Shown: in pieces, positions 44,462 to 53,579 of the stretch | Layout of the letters: every line of letters starts with the position of its first letter | How positions within the stretch are numbered: the stretch's first letter is position 1 | Assembly: GCF_000189555.1 (NCBI RefSeq) | Contig: NC_017276.1 | Length of the DNA: 64,000 bases | Origin: Saccharolobus islandicus REY15A | Lineage (GTDB): Archaea > Thermoproteota > Thermoprotei_A > Sulfolobales > Sulfolobaceae | Strand: one strand, 5' to 3' | Program-made: the position numbers and the translations under genes | The notes under the pieces: model-generated | The model's input: the letters and a program-made list of their open reading frames with translations, nothing else | What the model was told of the DNA's origin: nothing | Databases searched by the model: none

Positions 44462-45492
44462 ACAGAAAGCTACTCGTTTTTAGTTTTTCTTTTTCTTCCA
44501 TAGGCGGACCTTTAGCATTAGTTGGACAATTCCTAGAAAACATAACTCCATTTGAGGTAGTCTTATCTCTTATAATATTTGCACCCATAACTTTCCTTAT
44601 ATACTATTTAATGAATAAATTCTGGGATAGAGGGGGACTTTACGATTATGTAGTCAAATTTACTCCTAAACTTTCTAATTACTTCTTGTACTTCTGGTTT
44701 TTTTCCTATTTCCTTTATTTGAGCTATACTGTGGATTATATAGTATATTATATACTAGATCTGAATGGATTAATATCTATACTATTGACAATTGGAATAG
44801 CAGGATCTATCTCAATAATAACCTTCCTAGATAGGGAGTTAGAATTCTTATTTGCCTCAATGATTCTACAAATTTTATTTATAATCCCAATAAATTGGCA
44901 TCTTAAACTTGTAAACCCTTATGAACTAAGCATAACTAACATTCTCTCAACCTCTCTATTGTACATATGCATAACCCTTACACCATTTGTTGGAAACGGT
45001 AACAAAGAGGGAATTAATAGTATACTCCTAGCGTATTTAATAACTGGAGCGATAATGCTTTTAGACTCCTTTTTTAGCGTTCCTAAAATAATCTATCTTA
45101 TTTCGTCACTTAGCACATTCTCGTTAATATTAGTGGAATTCTACTCACTAAAAAGTGTTCTATCCAAATTTAGTAACAAGAGTAAAAGATATCTTATCTT
45201 GGCATTCGTAGGATTTACTCTGGCCAGCTTGATAAATCCCTACATGTACTATATTTACACAATCGTCCCATCCTTAACTGCACTTTACGTATCGTTAATA
45301 ATCTTCTTCATTTCAACAACACTATCAATTAGAAATGAACTAAAGCTACTAGGCTTTACAAGTCTAGGGTTACTCGCATATGGACTCTATTCTTCATTAC
45401 AACTATCCTCATATTATTTACTTCTAGAACAAATTCTTACAATCATCATAATAGGCATAATTCCGCTAGTTAAGAATCGACTTTTTTATTAG
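44452..45492 (+). CDS. Polytopic membrane protein, possibly a divergent APC-fold transporter
   Basis: About 11 TM; GGLYDYV resembles the APC GGxYxY motif. Confidence 0.7.
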   Translation: MGLNRKLLVFSFSFSSIGGPLALVGQFLENITPFEVVLSLIIFAPITFLIYYLMNKFWDRGGLYDYVVKFTPKLSNYFLYFWFFSYFLYLSYTVDYIVYYILDLNGLISILLTIGIAGSISIITFLDRELEFLFASMILQILFIIPINWHLKLVNPYELSITNILSTSLLYICITLTPFVGNGNKEGINSILLAYLITGAIMLLDSFFSVPKIIYLISSLSTFSLILVEFYSLKSVLSKFSNKSKRYLILAFVGFTLASLINPYMYYIYTIVPSLTALYVSLIIFFISTTLSIRNELKLLGFTSLGLLAYGLYSSLQLSSYYLLLEQILTIIIIGIIPLVKNRLFY

Positions 45493-46645
45493 TAGAAGTT
45501 GCTAACAGTTTCATATAGAGATAACCTCCCACAGTTTGCAACAGCCCTCCTATTTCCAATGGTAATGAGTATGAAACATCTAATAAGTAACCGCTAATAG
45601 CTGAGCTCATCTGAGATAGTCTTGTCGCCAATCCCTGAAAGCTTGAAGCAGTACCGAAATCTTCAGCAGAAACACCTCTAACATTGACTGCACTCCTATT
45701 TGGAGCTCCAACACCCGCATTAAGCCCCCTAGCAATGTATAATCCAGCTGCTAAAGGTAACCATGGTGAAAGAGCCATTGCAATTAAAAATACCCCATTC
45801 AATATCCTAGTTATTGAAGCAACCTTTAATGGATCAAACCTTATTTTATTTGAAAGCAGTGAACCAATTGCAGTTGTTAAGTAAGATATTGTAAAGATTA
45901 GCCCTATTTCAAAGGAGTTAGCATGAAAGGCTAGATTATACCATAATGGAAGTAGCGGGATAGCTATACCTAGTCCAAACCCAGTTATCGAGTTCGAAAC
46001 TACGACTTTTGAAATGAATTTCATACTAGACTTCTTCATAACCTTAGAAGTCTTTTTAGGCCTCGTAACTTCTTTACAAAAAAGTAATGATATCGCCGAA
46101 GCTAAGAGTAATACAAATGATATGAAATATAGCATTCTATATCCATCAACGGAATTACTTATATAAGACCTTAACGAAAGAAGAATACTTCCTCCTATTC
46201 CAGATAATGAAGAAGCTGACATCAAGAAACTTAATCTTCTTATCCTTTCCTTTTCATCATTCCAATTGCTGGCAACTAATGCAGTTAATCCTGGCGAAAA
46301 TACTCCTCTTATACCGCCTGCAGCTCCTCCAACTCCCCCTATTATAAGAGCCGCAAAGATTAGTATTTGATTTATCGAAAGCGCGAGTAATATTGATGCA
46401 ATTGAAGCTAATATTTCTACAAAGATTAGTACTTTTTTATAGCCAGTTCTGTCACCTATCATACCTAGGGCTAAGTTGAGGCCTGATGAGAATCCTATGG
46501 CTCCTAGAAATATTATTCCTATAATTTCTGGTTTAACACCGATCGCAGATAAATAAAGTGAAGAGGAGAGAGTTATATAAATTATCCCAACACTTCTTAA
46601 AACTCTTGACAATAAAAGAAAAGTATAGCCATAATCTTCTTGCAA
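45470..46645 (-). CDS. MFS transporter
   Basis: GMIGDRTGYKKVL (motif A); 12 TM. Confidence 0.88.
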   Translation of the reverse strand: MQEDYGYTFLLLSRVLRSVGIIYITLSSSLYLSAIGVKPEIIGIIFLGAIGFSSGLNLALGMIGDRTGYKKVLIFVEILASIASILLALSINQILIFAALIIGGVGGAAGGIRGVFSPGLTALVASNWNDEKERIRRLSFLMSASSLSGIGGSILLSLRSYISNSVDGYRMLYFISFVLLLASAISLLFCKEVTRPKKTSKVMKKSSMKFISKVVVSNSITGFGLGIAIPLLPLWYNLAFHANSFEIGLIFTISYLTTAIGSLLSNKIRFDPLKVASITRILNGVFLIAMALSPWLPLAAGLYIARGLNAGVGAPNRSAVNVRGVSAEDFGTASSFQGLATRLSQMSSAISGYLLDVSYSLPLEIGGLLQTVGGYLYMKLLATSTNKKVDS

Positions 46646-47063
46646 AAAATCACCTAATAATAAGAGAATTTAGTAGTTTAACTGTTTTTCGTTTTATCTG
46701 CTATTAGTGCTTTAGAAAAATTTACCTCAAATACTCTATACTTCAGATATTTTCGTAGAGTCTCTTTATTGGCCTATTTATTATTAATATTTTTACATAA
46801 ATTTAAAAATCTTTATCGACTTAAAGGCTCATGAACAGTATATATTATACGATGTTTTCACGAAATTGCTACCAGAAGACTAGTCGTCTACTTGTCTATT
46901 TCCTTTACTCCTTAAATACTTGGTTTAGTCGTTCACTTGTTTTACGTGAATTCTCGTAGGAGTAATATTGGTTATGCAAAAATAAGTAGGTCAATAACGA
47001 AACTATGGACATACTCATCTCTAACTAAATTAAACTTAATAAGGAAAACATTGAGTATTACTT

Positions 47064-47975
47064 ATGCCAATATGCCCCTCATGTGAAATGAAATTTAACT
47101 CATGGGAGGATTTAGCCAAGCACATGAACGTGCTAGCAAATTATAAGAGTGACCCATCTCATGTAATGTGGTTAAACAGAAATATATCAATGAAGAGAAT
47201 AGAAGTTAGTGAACTAGCAAGTAATTTAGAGAGCTTCTTCTCAACTCCAGATGGTTTAGCAATGTGGATTAGGAAGAGGTTTATAGAGAAGTTTTATGGA
47301 GAAAATCCACATCCGTTTATTGTCGCAATGCAGAAACCAACTAGGGGTGTGCTATTAGGCTATGTAATTGAGCATCAACACTTCTTAAAGAATTGGGTAA
47401 AAGTGTTATCATCAATAGTATTCAAAACTAACAAGGATGATGTTATGCAGTACGAGTTAGAGAATATCTCAGTTGAATTTTTAGGATATAATGGAAGACC
47501 AGCCCATTACGAGTTGTTAATAAGAATGGGAGAAGCCTTGGGAATGCCTAGGGAGGAAATATTATCAAAGCTACCATTACCCTCTACGCAATCAGCGATA
47601 AAGACATGGAGAAAAATAGCTGAGAGTAAAACTTGGTTAGAAACAATGGCATCAATGCATAGCCTCGAATTAGTAGCTGATAGGAGTTTAGTTAAATATG
47701 GGGCTAGATTACCTTATTTTAATCAAGCCATACTCACTTCTGAAGAGTTTCCCCAAGCTGTTAAGGACTTTCTGAGGGAAGGTTATGAGGCTGATATCTC
47801 ACACGCGGGAGAAGCCCTAGAAATGGTTGAAAAATATGCAGAAGAGATGAATATAAGGGAAGAAGTACAAGTTACTGTTCTTAAGTCATTTGATGCTTTT
47901 TCAAAGTATTTATTAGCCAGATTAGAAAGAGGATTCGAAATAGAACCCAGTCTGGTAAAGGTGATAATAAAATGA
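47064..47975 (+). CDS. C2H2 zinc finger fused to a TenA/PqqC/CADD-like (heme-oxygenase-like) domain
   Basis: CPSC...HM......H N-terminal finger; helical domain with EHQH, E...PAHYELL, HSLE, EADISH. Confidence 0.75.
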   Translation: MPICPSCEMKFNSWEDLAKHMNVLANYKSDPSHVMWLNRNISMKRIEVSELASNLESFFSTPDGLAMWIRKRFIEKFYGENPHPFIVAMQKPTRGVLLGYVIEHQHFLKNWVKVLSSIVFKTNKDDVMQYELENISVEFLGYNGRPAHYELLIRMGEALGMPREEILSKLPLPSTQSAIKTWRKIAESKTWLETMASMHSLELVADRSLVKYGARLPYFNQAILTSEEFPQAVKDFLREGYEADISHAGEALEMVEKYAEEMNIREEVQVTVLKSFDAFSKYLLARLERGFEIEPSLVKVIIK

Positions 47976-48292
47976 AGATCGTCGTAAACGGAAAAGAAGC
48001 CGGTACAAAGGAGAATGGTTGTGCACTCTGTGGAGGAACTTGGGGAGATTACTATGAAGAGATTGACGGAGAGAAGTTGTTCTTCTGCTGTGATATATGT
48101 GCGTTAGAATTTGTAAACATGGTTAATGAAGTAAAGAAAAGAACCAATTGGAGTAGAATTGACGAATTAATAATCAATGGAAATTATTATACTGGGAGGA
48201 CGTGCTCAGCTAAAAATGGAAATAGGGAGTATAAATTTTACGTTAAGTTTAATGATGATGCTGGAATAGAGACTTTCAAGGAACTAAGCTAA
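47972..48292 (+). CDS. Ta0938-like Zn-binding protein (TRASH/YHS-like Cys motif)
   Basis: [10 protein letters not shown]...LFFCCDICA; ATGA-type overlap with the upstream gene. Confidence 0.75.
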   Translation: MKIVVNGKEAGTKENGCALCGGTWGDYYEEIDGEKLFFCCDICALEFVNMVNEVKKRTNWSRIDELIINGNYYTGRTCSAKNGNREYKFYVKFNDDAGIETFKELS

Positions 48293-48559
48293 TGGCTCAC
48301 ATAAGCCATTTTCTTTTATCATCATTTTATTTTTAGGCTCTTTTAAGGACCTACAGAACACTTTAACATTATCTATTTTGACTAAACAAAGCCAATAATT
48401 GTCTTCAAATCCATCTGGAGTAGCGGTCAATTTCCACGATATCAGTAGCTCACCTTCCCTTATATCATCTCTTGTGTTGAATTCCGTTGAGTAACACCTT
48501 GGACATCGAGCCCTCTTAACCCAAAACGAATAGCCACAATTTTTACATACATAGATCAA
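48284..48559 (-). CDS. DUF35-type Zn-ribbon/OB-fold protein (short)
   Basis: CKNCG......RCPRC followed by a short OB-like segment; translationally coupled to the thiolase gene. Confidence 0.85.
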   Translation of the reverse strand: MIYVCKNCGYSFWVKRARCPRCYSTEFNTRDDIREGELLISWKLTATPDGFEDNYWLCLVKIDNVKVFCRSLKEPKNKMMIKENGLCEPLA

Positions 48560-49686
48560 GGCTCGTCACCGTAAACTACTACAGTTGCAGAATTCCCAAA
48601 ACCAGCCATACTTAACGACAGACCAACTCTAGCATTTTTAACTTGTCTACTCCCCGCTTCGTTCCTAATCTGTAGAAACGCCTCAACTGCTTGAGCTACA
48701 CCACTTGCCCCTATTGGGTGGCCTTTAGAGTTCAACCCTCCACTGGTGTTTATTGGAATTTCACCATTAATTGCGGTGTAATTATCGTAATATGCCTTCC
48801 ATCCTTCTCCTTTCTTTAATAAACCCAACTCTTCAGCCTCGACTATTTCCAGAACAGTTGCCATATCATGTAGTTCAGCGAAATCAACTTGATTAACCTT
48901 TGCCATTTTCCTAGCAGTCAATCCAGCAATTTTCACCGCATTTATTGACAATATGTTCTCACGCTCAGATAAATATGACGTATCTGAAGAAGCACCAATA
49001 CCTTTTATAAACACAGGCTTATTGGTAAAACTATAAGCATCTTCATCGCTTACCATAACTATCGCTGAAGCCCCATCGCTAATTGGGGTAAATTCGTAAA
49101 GGGTTAAGGGATCTGCTATGATAGGGGAATTCAAAACTTCATCTAAAGACACTACCTTCTGTATGTGAGCATAGGGATTTAAAGATCCATTATAATGGTT
49201 TTTGACTGCTACTAAAGCAAAGGCCTCCCTTGATGCATTATATCTCCTCATATACTCCTTGGTCATTAATCCTGCAAGTGAAGGTAGAGTTAACCCAGCA
49301 ATTTTTTCTTCTGACGGAAGTAAGGAGGCTATTACTGATGTAACTTGCTTGGTATTCTTCTCGGACATCTTCTCAACTCCTAAGACTAACACGGTTTTAG
49401 CTATTTTAGAATCAAGTAAAGATTTAGCAACTAATATTGCAGAGCCTCCACTTCCACTGGTATTATCAACCCTAATTGATGGTACTCTATCTATCGATAA
49501 ATAAGTTGTAATTAAGTTATTTATCCCAGATAAGGAGTTAAACTCTCCGGAATAGCTGTTAGAAACTACTACAAAATCAATTTCATTTTTTCGTATTAAT
49601 GGTAACACAACCTCTCCTGCAAGCTCTAATAAGCTCTCCTTTCTCTTTCCGAATCTAGTTAAGTTTGCATCAATAATTGCAACCAT
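48556..49686 (-). CDS. SCP2-type thiolase-fold protein lacking all cysteines
   Basis: GVEKMS, AVKNHYNG..NPYAH, PISDGA, AELHD, SGGL.SKGHPIGASG; the usual nucleophile motif reads DNTSGSG. Confidence 0.9.
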   Translation of the reverse strand: MVAIIDANLTRFGKRKESLLELAGEVVLPLIRKNEIDFVVVSNSYSGEFNSLSGINNLITTYLSIDRVPSIRVDNTSGSGGSAILVAKSLLDSKIAKTVLVLGVEKMSEKNTKQVTSVIASLLPSEEKIAGLTLPSLAGLMTKEYMRRYNASREAFALVAVKNHYNGSLNPYAHIQKVVSLDEVLNSPIIADPLTLYEFTPISDGASAIVMVSDEDAYSFTNKPVFIKGIGASSDTSYLSERENILSINAVKIAGLTARKMAKVNQVDFAELHDMATVLEIVEAEELGLLKKGEGWKAYYDNYTAINGEIPINTSGGLNSKGHPIGASGVAQAVEAFLQIRNEAGSRQVKNARVGLSLSMAGFGNSATVVVYGDEP

Positions 49687-49875
49687 TCATGTGAGTTTTC
49701 ACATTTAAAATATAAAATTGAACTTCCGATAAAGAGAACATAAACTTCGTTTCTCGAGCTCAAACAAAAATAGTGCTTGTTGATAAGAAATGTTTATATT
49801 TTTTAAGAAGGAGTATAATGATAATGGTAATATTCATAGTTCTTTCAAACCTCACCGATAAGGGAGCTGAGACTA

Positions 49876-50030
49876 TAGCAGATAAGCCAGAAAGAGTGAA
49901 CTACCACGCCCTAACGGACGTGGCTTCCTGCTTCACAGCCGAGGCTTGCCAAAGGTAGAGGTCTCAGCTCCACAGGCACTAAGGGTCGTTCCGACCCCGA
50001 TCTACTCAGAATATTAAGAGAAGCATTATA
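49876..50030 (-). ncRNA. Predicted reRNA/omegaRNA of TnpB-2
   Basis: Same scaffold motifs as TnpB-1, ending GGTAGTTCAC; the guide would be the flank TCTTTCTGGCTTATCTGCTA; boundaries approximate. Confidence 0.6.
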
Positions 50031-51116
50031 ATCACGGTCTACAGTCCAACCGCAGGAAGGACAGACAAACACACGATCAGCCAAAGCCAAGTCCTTCTTA
50101 ACGTAACCGCACCTAGCACAAATCATTGAAGTAAAAGCAGGATTAACAAAACGAATCTCCTTACCATACTTCCCAACTTGATACTCCATAATACTCCTAA
50201 ACTCATGAAAAGCAACATCGTGCAACCTCATCCTCAGCCTTCTGAGAGACTTACCAACAATTTGCTTAACATGAATATCCTCCATTACGAGAACATCATA
50301 ATGCTCAGCAAAATACTTCCCCAGTTTCATGTACATATCCATCCTCAAGTTCTTCAAGTACTCATAAGCCCTTGCAAGCTTAACCTTTGCCTTAAACCAG
50401 TTGTGTGACAAGAACTTCTTCCTTGAAAGAGCTTTATGAAGCCTCTTCATCTTGTTGAGTGCCTTCTCGTAAGGCCTCATGTTTGGCACGTATTCCCCGT
50501 CAGAGGTAGTGAGAAGTTTCTCTACACCAACGTCCACAGCAACAACTTTGTTTGTCTTGGGGAGTTGAGGATACTCTTGATCCACAACGAAAGTGATGTA
50601 CAATCTGCCTGAAGGTGCCAGCTTGACTACTACCCTCTCCACTTTTTCCAGTTGGAAATCCCTATGAACAACGACGTTGAAGATACCTAGGTTTGAAAGC
50701 TGAAGCGTCATTACCTTCTTCTTGTTCTTCTTGCTTTTCGTCCTTATTTCTCTCACCTTCATGACTTTCCAACCTGACTGAGGGTAGACTAGTGAGTACC
50801 ACTTGTGTGCTTTCTTTTCCTTGGGGAAGTGTGCTAACCCTTCGAAGAACCTCTGTCTAGCGTCGTAGAATCTGTCTGCGATCTGTTGTAGTGTTTGGGA
50901 ATATAGATGTTGATATTGTTTATCCTGTTTTCTTAGATCGAGAGCTAGTTGTCTCAACTCCGTCTTAGTGAGTCCTTTTCCGTCTCTCTCATGAAAATAG
51001 ATGTCTGCCCAACGTAGGGTGTTGTACACTTCACACGCTAACCTCAATTGGGCTTTTAACGCCCTCAATGTTTGTTCGTCAGCGTAAGCTCTAAAGCGTA
51101 ACCCTACGTCAGACAT
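49911..51116 (-). CDS. tnpB: RNA-guided endonuclease TnpB
   Basis: [30 protein letters not shown]; triad intact; TTTAAATA promoter retained upstream. Confidence 0.95.
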   Translation of the reverse strand: MSDVGLRFRAYADEQTLRALKAQLRLACEVYNTLRWADIYFHERDGKGLTKTELRQLALDLRKQDKQYQHLYSQTLQQIADRFYDARQRFFEGLAHFPKEKKAHKWYSLVYPQSGWKVMKVREIRTKSKKNKKKVMTLQLSNLGIFNVVVHRDFQLEKVERVVVKLAPSGRLYITFVVDQEYPQLPKTNKVVAVDVGVEKLLTTSDGEYVPNMRPYEKALNKMKRLHKALSRKKFLSHNWFKAKVKLARAYEYLKNLRMDMYMKLGKYFAEHYDVLVMEDIHVKQIVGKSLRRLRMRLHDVAFHEFRSIMEYQVGKYGKEIRFVNPAFTSMICARCGYVKKDLALADRVFVCPSCGWTVDRDYNASLNILSRSGSERPLVPVELRPLPLASLGCEAGSHVR

Positions 51117-51177
51117 TAATAGAATATTTGAAAAAGAATTATTTAAATATAAGGGGGCTATCCATCCCCTCCCTCAC

Positions 51178-52379
51178 CGGTAGACCCAAAATCACCTCCT
51201 TAAAAATAAATCTATAGTATAAATAAGCGTTTCAATTACATTAAATGTAAAAGTCTCTGGATTGAATAAATCAGGAAATAAAAGAATTAATAATAATCTA
51301 AACTCCTCTCTCCCCACCTCCCCCTTGAATATGGTATATAAGGAGTAGAGTACAAGGGCCAGCACGAAGATCAACGTGCGGAAAACAAACTTAGTAGAAC
51401 TAGTAAATGGAAGAAAAGCCTTAATGTTCCTATAAGAGGTCTCTATGGGACCTCTTACCTTATTGTACAAATCCAACACTTCCCTCTTGGATAGGTCTAG
51501 GTTAGTAGCCCTAGCAAAATAAACAAGACTCTTCTTCTTTCTCCCCACTTTTTCCTTGCTGTACACGAGAAGCCTGAACTTGACCTGCTCATCCCTCCTA
51601 CGCCTCTTACTATTAGTTGTGTAATCCCCGTCAAACTCCTCGTACACCTTCACGTCCCCAACCGGAACAGCAATTATGTACTTAAACTGTGAAATGAAGT
51701 TGAGCACGTCAACAGTATAGAAACCAGCGTCAAGAGTTATCAACCTTATCTTGAATCCCATTACTTGTTCAACAAGAGCCTTCACTATCTCGTCCTTAGT
51801 CATACCGTTCACTTGCGGCAAGTAAAAGCACTTTCCCCTTATACTTGGTTGTTGCAGTTGCGTAGTTCCACGAGTTTCCTTTTTCAGAGCTCCCGAGCCC
51901 TTTCACTGGTTTCCCGTACCATGTCTTGGTTGTCCAGTCTATTGAAAGATCTATCTCATTCACTCCCTTTAATATCTCCAAGGATATTTTCCTAGCTCTT
52001 TCCAATAGCTTTTCAGTCACTTCCATCCCTTGTTTATCTACGTAATTCCTCACGGTCTGTGGGGATACGTCATACGCTCTGGACTTGTTCTCTACTGAAT
52101 CGTTCCACAAACACGCGGAGATGAGAGTTTTCGCTACCTCCTCTACCTTTTCCCCTTGGAAGTTCAACATGGAAAGTAATTTATATCCTATTTGTTGAAT
52201 TTTGGTGAGGGAGACCTGGTGTTACCATCTTGGTTATTCACGTGGTAATACGCCATCTCCCTCACCTTAAACCCTTTCTTCAATTGAATTCTTTATACTC
52301 TTATAAATTTCTTTATCTTTTATAAATTCGATATTATCCTACCAGAAATATTTTTTCTAATATGATTTTGGGTCTACCG
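51178..52379 (-). mobile_element. ISH3-family (ISC1200-like) insertion sequence, 1202 bp
   Basis: 17-bp perfect TIR CGGTAGACCCAAAATCA at both ends; 4-bp TSD TCAC (51174-51177 and 52380-52383). Confidence 0.93.
51192..52228 (-). pseudogene. ISH3-family DDE transposase with two frameshifts
   Basis: MVTPGLPHQ / IQQIGYKLLSMLNF...SIDWT...KVLLL / PQVNG...LDAGFY...RGPIETSYR lie in three different frames; breaks near 52200 and 51820. Confidence 0.88.
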
Positions 52380-52673
52380 TCACGGAAGGGGTCTTTCGCC
52401 CCCTTTGAACCCCTTGTTAAGATAAAAGAGGTGAATGAGGAATTGGCTAAAATAGGGGCGAAGGTAAAGGAACAATATGTAGTATTTGGTGACATAGATT
52501 TCATTAATATAGTAGAAGTGGATAATGTTGAAACGTTCCTTAAAGCCTTAATAGAATTGAATAGCAGAGGTACCGTAAGGACAAAGACCTATTTAGCAAT
52601 TTCTGTTGATGAAGCGATAAGGGCTATTAAGACTACGCCACCTATTGGTCATCCACATGAAAAGAAGTAACTT

Positions 52674-53504
52674 TCAAATATAATACATTTTTTGTTTTTC
52701 ATATTGAGATAAATATAGTAATCTTTCTTTTAGAGACGGATGAGTTCTAAATGAGAAAACGCCTTTTTTATCAACAATATTATTTAGAATAAATTCCTTA
52801 GCCAAGAGTATCTGTATTGGGAGAACATATCTTAGCATGTTGGTAGGAATACTTCTACTTAAATATCCAATTTTTATTAAGGAACTTTCCAGCCAATAAG
52901 TTATCTCAGGATTTACCTTTACTGCAGTTAAATCAGCCCTCCTTTCTATTTTCCTATGCACGTAAAAGACTAAGGGTAATAAGATAACAAAGTATATTAT
53001 AAGGAAAAATAAGGAAATTAAAGGCAGATAATAAATAACTGTTGCATAAATGGAATTTATGGAAAATATCGTAAGTAACATAATTTCTGGATCATAATTT
53101 TTTATATGGGCAATTTCATGAGAGAGAACTGCAGTTAACTCCTCTTGGGTTAGACTTTCATATAGCGGTAAGGTAACTGCTATTCCTCTAAAAATTATAT
53201 TGCCAAAGGCAAAAGCGTTAAGGAAATTATCATTTATAATGTAGACTTTGGACAGTTTAACGTTAAATTTCTTTGAAAGATCCCCTACTATCAAGATAAT
53301 ATCTTGAGAAGCTCTTCTCATCTTAAATACAAGGATCATTATAATTGGGGAAATGAGGTACCAGAGACTAAACACTAGCCCTATTTGAATTAGAAAGAAA
53401 TAGGGTATGCTTACATTTAAGGATGATACTACTATGCCAATTACTAGTATAGAGAAGAAGGATGCTAGATAATATTTCCACCAATATGTGGTTATGGAGT
53501 ACAC
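52674..53504 (-). CDS. htpX: M48-family membrane Zn metalloprotease (HtpX-like)
   Basis: NAFAFG, AVLSHEIAH (HExxH), ERRAD, THPSLKERL. Confidence 0.9.
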   Translation of the reverse strand: MYSITTYWWKYYLASFFSILVIGIVVSSLNVSIPYFFLIQIGLVFSLWYLISPIIMILVFKMRRASQDIILIVGDLSKKFNVKLSKVYIINDNFLNAFAFGNIIFRGIAVTLPLYESLTQEELTAVLSHEIAHIKNYDPEIMLLTIFSINSIYATVIYYLPLISLFFLIIYFVILLPLVFYVHRKIERRADLTAVKVNPEITYWLESSLIKIGYLSRSIPTNMLRYVLPIQILLAKEFILNNIVDKKGVFSFRTHPSLKERLLYLSQYEKQKMYYI

Positions 53505-53579
53505 ACATATTACTAGCTACAAAAGTTTATAAAACGATAAGATAATCAAAGTTATTACTTAAAGCAATATATTAACATT

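Larger units (their letters stand above)
49896..52421 (-). mobile_element. tnpB-only IS200/IS605 (IS1341-group, ISC1316-like) element, about 1320 bp without the nested insertion
   Basis: Target TTTAT on the minus strand; left end CTTAACAAGGGGTTCAAAGGGGGCGAAAGACCCCTTCCGTGA matches element 1; right end TAGTTCAC; no tnpA. Confidence 0.92.
49818..52670 (+). pseudogene. GYD-domain gene split by nested IS insertions
   Basis: 5' part ends ...GAETIADKPER at 49895; 3' part resumes IKEVNEEL...FGDIDF...RGTVRTKT at 52422; the two halves rejoin exactly in frame. Confidence 0.9.

Noticed and set aside
46646-47063. Possible riboswitch or small ORF in the long intergenic region upstream of the TenA/PqqC-like gene
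   Set aside because: No TPP-riboswitch core motif was recognised and only short, motif-free ORFs (under 40 aa) were found.
49773-52670. Track ORFs 49773-49958 and 52362-52670 as two separate genes
   Set aside because: They are the two halves of one GYD gene, each fused to IS end sequence.
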